The position numbers and the translations under genes were made by a program. A stretch of DNA of 14,215 bases, taken from NCBI GenBank assembly GCA_050293845.1, contig JBNKNM010000136.1, positions 1 through 14,215 of the forward strand, in the 5' to 3' direction. Numbering within the stretch: position 1 is the stretch's first letter; each line of letters opens with the position of its first letter. A model generated the notes under the pieces. It was not told where the DNA came from. It saw nothing but the letters and a program-made list of their open reading frames with translations, and did no database searches. The DNA is from Pseudobacteriovorax sp. GTDB taxonomy: Bacteria; Bdellovibrionota_B; Oligoflexia; Oligoflexales; Oligoflexaceae. Positions 10,237 to 14,215 of this stretch are shown here, piece after piece.

Positions 10237-10269
10237 AAAAGCTTGCATTTTTGCAAAATGCAAGCTTTT
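10237..10269. repeat. Perfect 15-bp inverted repeat (possible bidirectional terminator or operator)
   Basis: AAAAGCTTGCATTTT-TGC-AAAATGCAAGCTTTT. Confidence 0.8.
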
Positions 10270-10765
10270 TATTGCATAAACAGTATATTTTGCTTTGTAT
10301 ATAATTATCTATCAATTCTCATATATTTTTTAGCTTATAAAAGAAATTCACAACTAAAATCAGTGAGTGCAGTTCTATTAAATTTAAGTCTGAAAAGAAA
10401 ATTGTTTCTATTTAGATATAGGTCTTAATAGGCTATCCTTAACACCAATAAACCAATTCATTACTTAAATATTGAGCTTACTACTCAAAAATTTACCGAA
10501 ATAGTTATCAAATGGATTGATAGATCGATTTGAAGGATAGCTATAAGTATTGATGAGCATGAGTCCAACGCTATAGTTAATTTTTTGCTTGATAAAGCGT
10601 ACTTTCCCTATCAAGAGCCTTTTATAAAACTTCGAATAAATTTTTAAGTTCGTGATTATTATAGGAAGCTAGTTCTTTAGGTAGGTGAGAGGTTTGAGTT
10701 GGCATAAGATAGCAAGGGTAAAATTTTTCGGATTTGGGCTAGTATCTTTTCATAATATTGTAGAA

Positions 10766-10781
10766 TGTTCCACGTGGAACA
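10766..10781. promoter_or_regulatory. parS: parS site 3
   Basis: TGTTCCACGTGGAACA, perfect palindrome extending to 20 bp (10764-10783). Confidence 0.95.
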
Positions 10782-10927
10782 TTGTGGTCTGAAGACTTAT
10801 TCTGCTGTGCGCTCAAGTGAGTATTATTCATTACCTTCATTTGCATGGGATCTATTCTGTGAAGTCATCACAACTGAAATCTTTTAACATGCTCTTACAG
10901 CATATAGTCATTATTGCGTATAAAGTA

Positions 10928-10943
10928 TGTTTCACGTGAAACA
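10928..10943. promoter_or_regulatory. parS: parS site 4
   Basis: TGTTTCACGTGAAACA, exact consensus. Confidence 0.97.
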
Positions 10944-10960
10944 ATTTTAAAAATATCGAA

Positions 10961-10976
10961 TGTTTCACGTGAAACG
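10961..10976. promoter_or_regulatory. parS: parS site 5
   Basis: TGTTTCACGTGAAACG, one mismatch; starts 33 bp after site 4. Confidence 0.93.
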
Positions 10977-11043
10977 TGCAACCTATTCGTGATACTTAAA
11001 ACTCACAGATGAAATGATTTGATGGCCAAAAATAGGAGCGGCT

Positions 11044-11883
11044 ATGGCAAGGATTATTGCAGTTTCAAATCAAAAGGGTGGGGTTGGGAAAACAACGTCA
11101 GCAATCAATATTGCTAGTTGTTTAGCTATTAGTGGACAGAAGGTCTTGTTAGTTGATATGGACCCGCAAGCTAATGCAAGTAGTGGGTTGGGGATTTATG
11201 TCGATCAGGATACTGTTTCCAGCTATCAGGTGTTGATTGGAGAAAGTCCAATAGCCAAATCGATAGTTACAACAGAGATTGACAACCTCTATCTAGTACC
11301 TGCTACCCAAGACTTGAGTGGGGCCGAGATTGAGTTAGTGTCTGTCTTGGGTCGGGAAATGAAACTTAAAGATATTTTAGAAGAATTGCGTGCTGAGTAC
11401 GACTTTATCATTATCGATACACCTCCTACTTTAGGGCTTATCACTGTCAATGCTTTGACCGCTGCTGATTCTGTGCTCATTCCCTTACAATCTGAGTACT
11501 ACGCCATGGAAGGTTTGTCTCAGCTTCTGAAGACGACATCTCTTATTAAAAAACGATTGAACCCGGCATTAGAAAGGGAGGGAATTCTACTTACAATGTA
11601 CGACAAGAGAAACAATCTTTCTCTACAGGTAGAGCGAGAAATTAGACGACACTTCCCAGAAGAGGTGTTTCATAATGTTATTCCGCGAAATGTTAAGCTG
11701 TCGGAGGCACCATCCTATGGGAAGCCAGCAGTGATTTACGATGTGAATTCATCGGGAAGTACAGCATATATTAAGGTTACAGAAGAAATACTTAAAAAAT
11801 ATCAGAGTCGTACCCATGGGACTATGACTCAAGAGACCGTAAAAAATATAAGAACCTGGGATCAAGGAGCTATTGATGTCTGA
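11044..11883 (+). CDS. parA: Chromosome partitioning ATPase ParA (Soj)
   Basis: Deviant Walker A NQKGGVGKTT, LLVDMDPQANAS, IIIDTPPTLG, EYYAMEGL and IPRNVKLSEAPSYG. AGGAG RBS at 11034-11038. Confidence 0.98.
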   Translation: MARIIAVSNQKGGVGKTTSAINIASCLAISGQKVLLVDMDPQANASSGLGIYVDQDTVSSYQVLIGESPIAKSIVTTEIDNLYLVPATQDLSGAEIELVSVLGREMKLKDILEELRAEYDFIIIDTPPTLGLITVNALTAADSVLIPLQSEYYAMEGLSQLLKTTSLIKKRLNPALEREGILLTMYDKRNNLSLQVEREIRRHFPEEVFHNVIPRNVKLSEAPSYGKPAVIYDVNSSGSTAYIKVTEEILKKYQSRTHGTMTQETVKNIRTWDQGAIDV

Positions 11884-12781
11884 GCAAAGGAGCTCTAAGA
11901 AAGGTGGGCTGGGTAAAGGGCTTAATTCGCTGTTAGGTCTTGACAATCAAATTGAAATTGAAACTACCAGGGAAAAGAAACCACAGACCGAAGTGACTAA
12001 TCTAGTGGAAATTGAGGTTTCCCGAATAAAGCCAAATCCACGACAGCCTCGTAAAATTTTTAATGAAGATGAACTTGTTGCTCTTTCAAAATCTCTAAAA
12101 GAAGATGGTGTAGTACAGCCACTCATTGTAGCCAAGGAGGAAGGTGGAAGTTACACCTTGATAGCTGGTGAACGACGGTGGAGAGCTTCACAAATGGCAG
12201 GATTTAGCAAGGTCCCTGCTTTGGTGAAAAGCGTAACACCCGATGAAATGCTACGTATAGCTATTATTGAAAATGTTCAGCGCTCTAATTTAAATGTCAT
12301 TGAGGAAGCTGAAGCCTATGCTGCGTTAATTAAAGATTTTGGACTTACTCAAGAAGAGTGCGCTAAGAAAATTGGAAAAGATAGAGTCACAGTCACTAAT
12401 ATACTTAGAATCCTGACACTTCCTCAGGAAGTTCAGGATAATCTTATGGCAAACCAATTGTCCATGGGTCATGGGCGAGCCCTTCTCAGTTTGAGTGAAA
12501 AAAGTCTTATTCTGCGTGCTCAGGATATTATTCTTACAAAAAAACTTAGTGTACGCCAAACTGAACAGCTCGTAAAGAAAATTAAAAACAATACGGAAAA
12601 AGAAACTGTCGAAAATGAAGATCCAGATCTAGAATATCTTGCTGAAAGCTTGAGGTCGCATCTTCGCACAAAGGTGAAGTTATCGGGTAATGGCTCGCGG
12701 GGAAAGATTGAAATATCATACTTTTCGGCAGCCGAACTAGAACGCCTTTTAGCTTCTATAGGAGGCACCCATTTTGAGTAA
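11876..12781 (+). CDS. parB: Chromosome partitioning CTPase ParB (Spo0J)
   Basis: N-terminal GLGKGLNSLL, NPRQPRK, IAGERRWRA arginine patch, ENVQRSNL and HTH LTQEECAKKIGKDR...SMGHGRALL. ATG at 11876 with AAGGAG at 11864-11869 (ORF-track TTG at 11873); overlaps the parA stop. Confidence 0.98.
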   Translation: MSEQRSSKKGGLGKGLNSLLGLDNQIEIETTREKKPQTEVTNLVEIEVSRIKPNPRQPRKIFNEDELVALSKSLKEDGVVQPLIVAKEEGGSYTLIAGERRWRASQMAGFSKVPALVKSVTPDEMLRIAIIENVQRSNLNVIEEAEAYAALIKDFGLTQEECAKKIGKDRVTVTNILRILTLPQEVQDNLMANQLSMGHGRALLSLSEKSLILRAQDIILTKKLSVRQTEQLVKKIKNNTEKETVENEDPDLEYLAESLRSHLRTKVKLSGNGSRGKIEISYFSAAELERLLASIGGTHFE

Positions 12782-12934
12782 ATCGTAAGCCGAATAAACT
12801 ACATAACTATACAGATATATTTACTATTTTATTTGATGATAAAACTAATGTTGAGAAACTTATCATAATAAGATACTTAGGTACGCCTTATGAAAGGCTT
12901 TTCAAATCTCATCTCTACATAATGGGGTTATACA

Positions 12935-13369
12935 ATGTCCTCACTTAACTTAGAACCAAACCCGACCATTATGGCCGTTCAGGCCGGTTTATTCGTTATG
13001 AACTTTGTGGCTGTGAAGAAATTATTCTTAGACCCTTACCTAAAAGTTTATGACAAGAGGCAAAATTTAACTGTTGGTAGTCAATCAGAAGCTAAGGAGT
13101 TAGCCAGTAAAAATGAAACTGTTTTTTCTCAGATACAATCAACCTTGCAAGAGGCCAATGAAGAAGCAGGTAAAATCCGTGATAATGTAAATCGCATTGC
13201 GCTAGAGAAGCGTAGTGAGTTAGTGTCCCAGGCTGAAGTGGAAGCCAAAAATCTGGTTTCTAAAATAGAGTCTGAAATTGCTGAAGTGAAAAGTGAGGAA
13301 CGTCCTAAAATTCCTCAAATTATAGAACAATTATCTGAATCAATATTTACACAAATTATAGAGGCCTAA
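12935..13369 (+). CDS. atpF2: F0F1 ATP synthase subunit b'
   Basis: 144 aa. One N-terminal TM helix (VQAGLFVMNFVAVKKLFLDP...KR) then a charged coiled coil; first of two tandem b-type genes. Confidence 0.88.
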   Translation: MSSLNLEPNPTIMAVQAGLFVMNFVAVKKLFLDPYLKVYDKRQNLTVGSQSEAKELASKNETVFSQIQSTLQEANEEAGKIRDNVNRIALEKRSELVSQAEVEAKNLVSKIESEIAEVKSEERPKIPQIIEQLSESIFTQIIEA

Positions 13370-13378
13370 GGTTATCAT

Positions 13379-13879
13379 ATGGAAAATGTAAACTGGCTTA
13401 CTGGTATAGTTTTTCCTTATCTAAACTTAATTATCTTTCTAATTCTCGCGGTAAAATTCCTTAAAGGGCCACTCCTGGGAATGATCAGTGGGAAAAAGGA
13501 AGAGTATCTACAGATGGTCCAGGTTGCGAATTCGGCTAAGCAAGAAGCTCTTGAAAAGCACGAAGCTCTTCAAAAAAAGTTGAATGATTTAAGTGCTGAA
13601 GTTGATGAAATCAGGAACCGAGCTACTAAACAAGCAGAGCAAGAAGCCGAAAAAATTATTGCCAATGCCCATGCTCTTGCAAAGCATCTGAAAACTGAAG
13701 CTAAAAGAATTGCTGAAGCTGAAGTGGAAATGGCTCGTAGAGAACTTCAAGATGAAATCATTGCTGGAGTTCAGAACAAGGTCATCGAAAAGATTCAGCA
13801 GCAGTTTGGTAGCGATAAGCAGAAGGCGTTGTTTTTATCCCAAGTAAAAACCCTGGATACCATAGGAGGAAACGCCTAA
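13379..13879 (+). CDS. atpF: F0F1 ATP synthase subunit b
   Basis: 166 aa. TM helix YLNLIIFLILAVKFLKGP then an Ala/Glu/Lys-rich coiled coil (AEQEAEKIIANA...ARREL); abuts atpH. Confidence 0.92.
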   Translation: MENVNWLTGIVFPYLNLIIFLILAVKFLKGPLLGMISGKKEEYLQMVQVANSAKQEALEKHEALQKKLNDLSAEVDEIRNRATKQAEQEAEKIIANAHALAKHLKTEAKRIAEAEVEMARRELQDEIIAGVQNKVIEKIQQQFGSDKQKALFLSQVKTLDTIGGNA

Positions 13880-14215
13880 ATGAGTTTAGAAAGAATTGGC
13901 AATCGGTATGCTGCAGCACTTTTTGAGTTATGCGAGGACGATCTTAAAAAAGCGCATGAGTACGAGACCATAATCAGCTCTTTGGCTACTATTTTTATGG
14001 AGCCGAAGATTAGCAAAGTCATGCTGAGTCCTGTCGTTAAGCCCATGCTAAAAGCCGAAATTTTGAATGAAATTATCGTTAAAATGAATGTTGATAAAAT
14101 TCTTTTCGTCTTTTTAGAAACAGTGGCTGAGTCGGGGAGGGTAGGAGCTATTCCTGCTATTTCTCGTAGTTTAAAGCGTATTATTCAGGAAAGAGAAAAT
14201 ACAGCAGAAGCAACG
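13880..14215 (+). CDS. atpH: F0F1 ATP synthase subunit delta (3' end truncated by window edge)
   Basis: Not in the ORF track. ATG at 13880 directly after the atpF stop, AGGAGG at 13864-13869. MSLERIGNRYAAALFEL...LSPVV...K...FLETVAESGR matches the delta/OSCP N-terminal pattern; open to the window end. Confidence 0.93.
   Translation, partial: MSLERIGNRYAAALFELCEDDLKKAHEYETIISSLATIFMEPKISKVMLSPVVKPMLKAEILNEIIVKMNVDKILFVFLETVAESGRVGAIPAISRSLKRIIQERENTAEAT

Noticed and set aside
10243..10428. 61-aa ORF in the parS spacer
   Set aside because: TTG start inside the inverted repeat, no RBS, and an F/I/L/Y/K/N-rich composition expected from random AT-rich DNA.
9848..10976. GTTTC...GAAAC palindromes as CRISPR repeats or transposon ends
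   Set aside because: 16-bp units match the parS consensus, spacing is irregular (33-624 bp), they sit beside parAB, and there is no transposase or cas gene.
11289..12768. Minus-strand ORFs within parA and parB
   Set aside because: Antisense shadows of well-supported genes.
11044..12781. parAB as a plasmid or prophage partition cassette, or ParB as Noc
   Set aside because: ParA is a Soj-type protein without an N-terminal HTH, ParB has the chromosomal Spo0J-like HTH (GKDR...MGH), the parS sites are the universal chromosomal type, and no mobility genes are present.
12782..12934. Promoter or terminator between parB and atpF'
   Set aside because: The 153-bp AT-rich gap probably holds a promoter, but candidate hexamers (TTGAGA, CATAAT, GATACT) are not correctly spaced and there is no strong terminator stem.

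Overview
Chromosomal replication-origin region of a low-GC bacterium. The gene linkages (parAB-atpF'-atpF-atpH, separate b and b' genes, subunit c with an N-terminal leader) suggest a deltaproteobacteria-like or Bdellovibrionota-type lineage; this is inference only. The minus strand carries dnaA-[oriC]-dnaN-gyrB-gyrA (gyrA runs off the left edge), with no recF. The 254-bp dnaA-dnaN gap holds a clear oriC: an AT-rich DUE, DnaA-trios and 10 DnaA boxes, 9 of them in two helically phased, oppositely oriented arrays. The plus strand, directly divergent from dnaA, carries atpZ-like, atpI, atpB and atpE, then a terminator and a 1.28-kb gene-free AT-rich spacer with five parS sites and a perfect 15-bp inverted repeat, then parA, parB, atpF', atpF and atpH (runs off the right edge). 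All proteins are core housekeeping families. I see no mobile element, CRISPR, RNA gene or new protein system. The novelty is architectural: a parS-parAB centromere sits between atpE and atpF' in an otherwise canonical atp gene order, that cluster is head-to-head with dnaA, and a DnaA-box pair lies in front of the first atp gene. A few unusual residues also stand out (GyrA Ser83-equivalent Gly, subunit c E-F-Q ion site, GyrB ATP lid).
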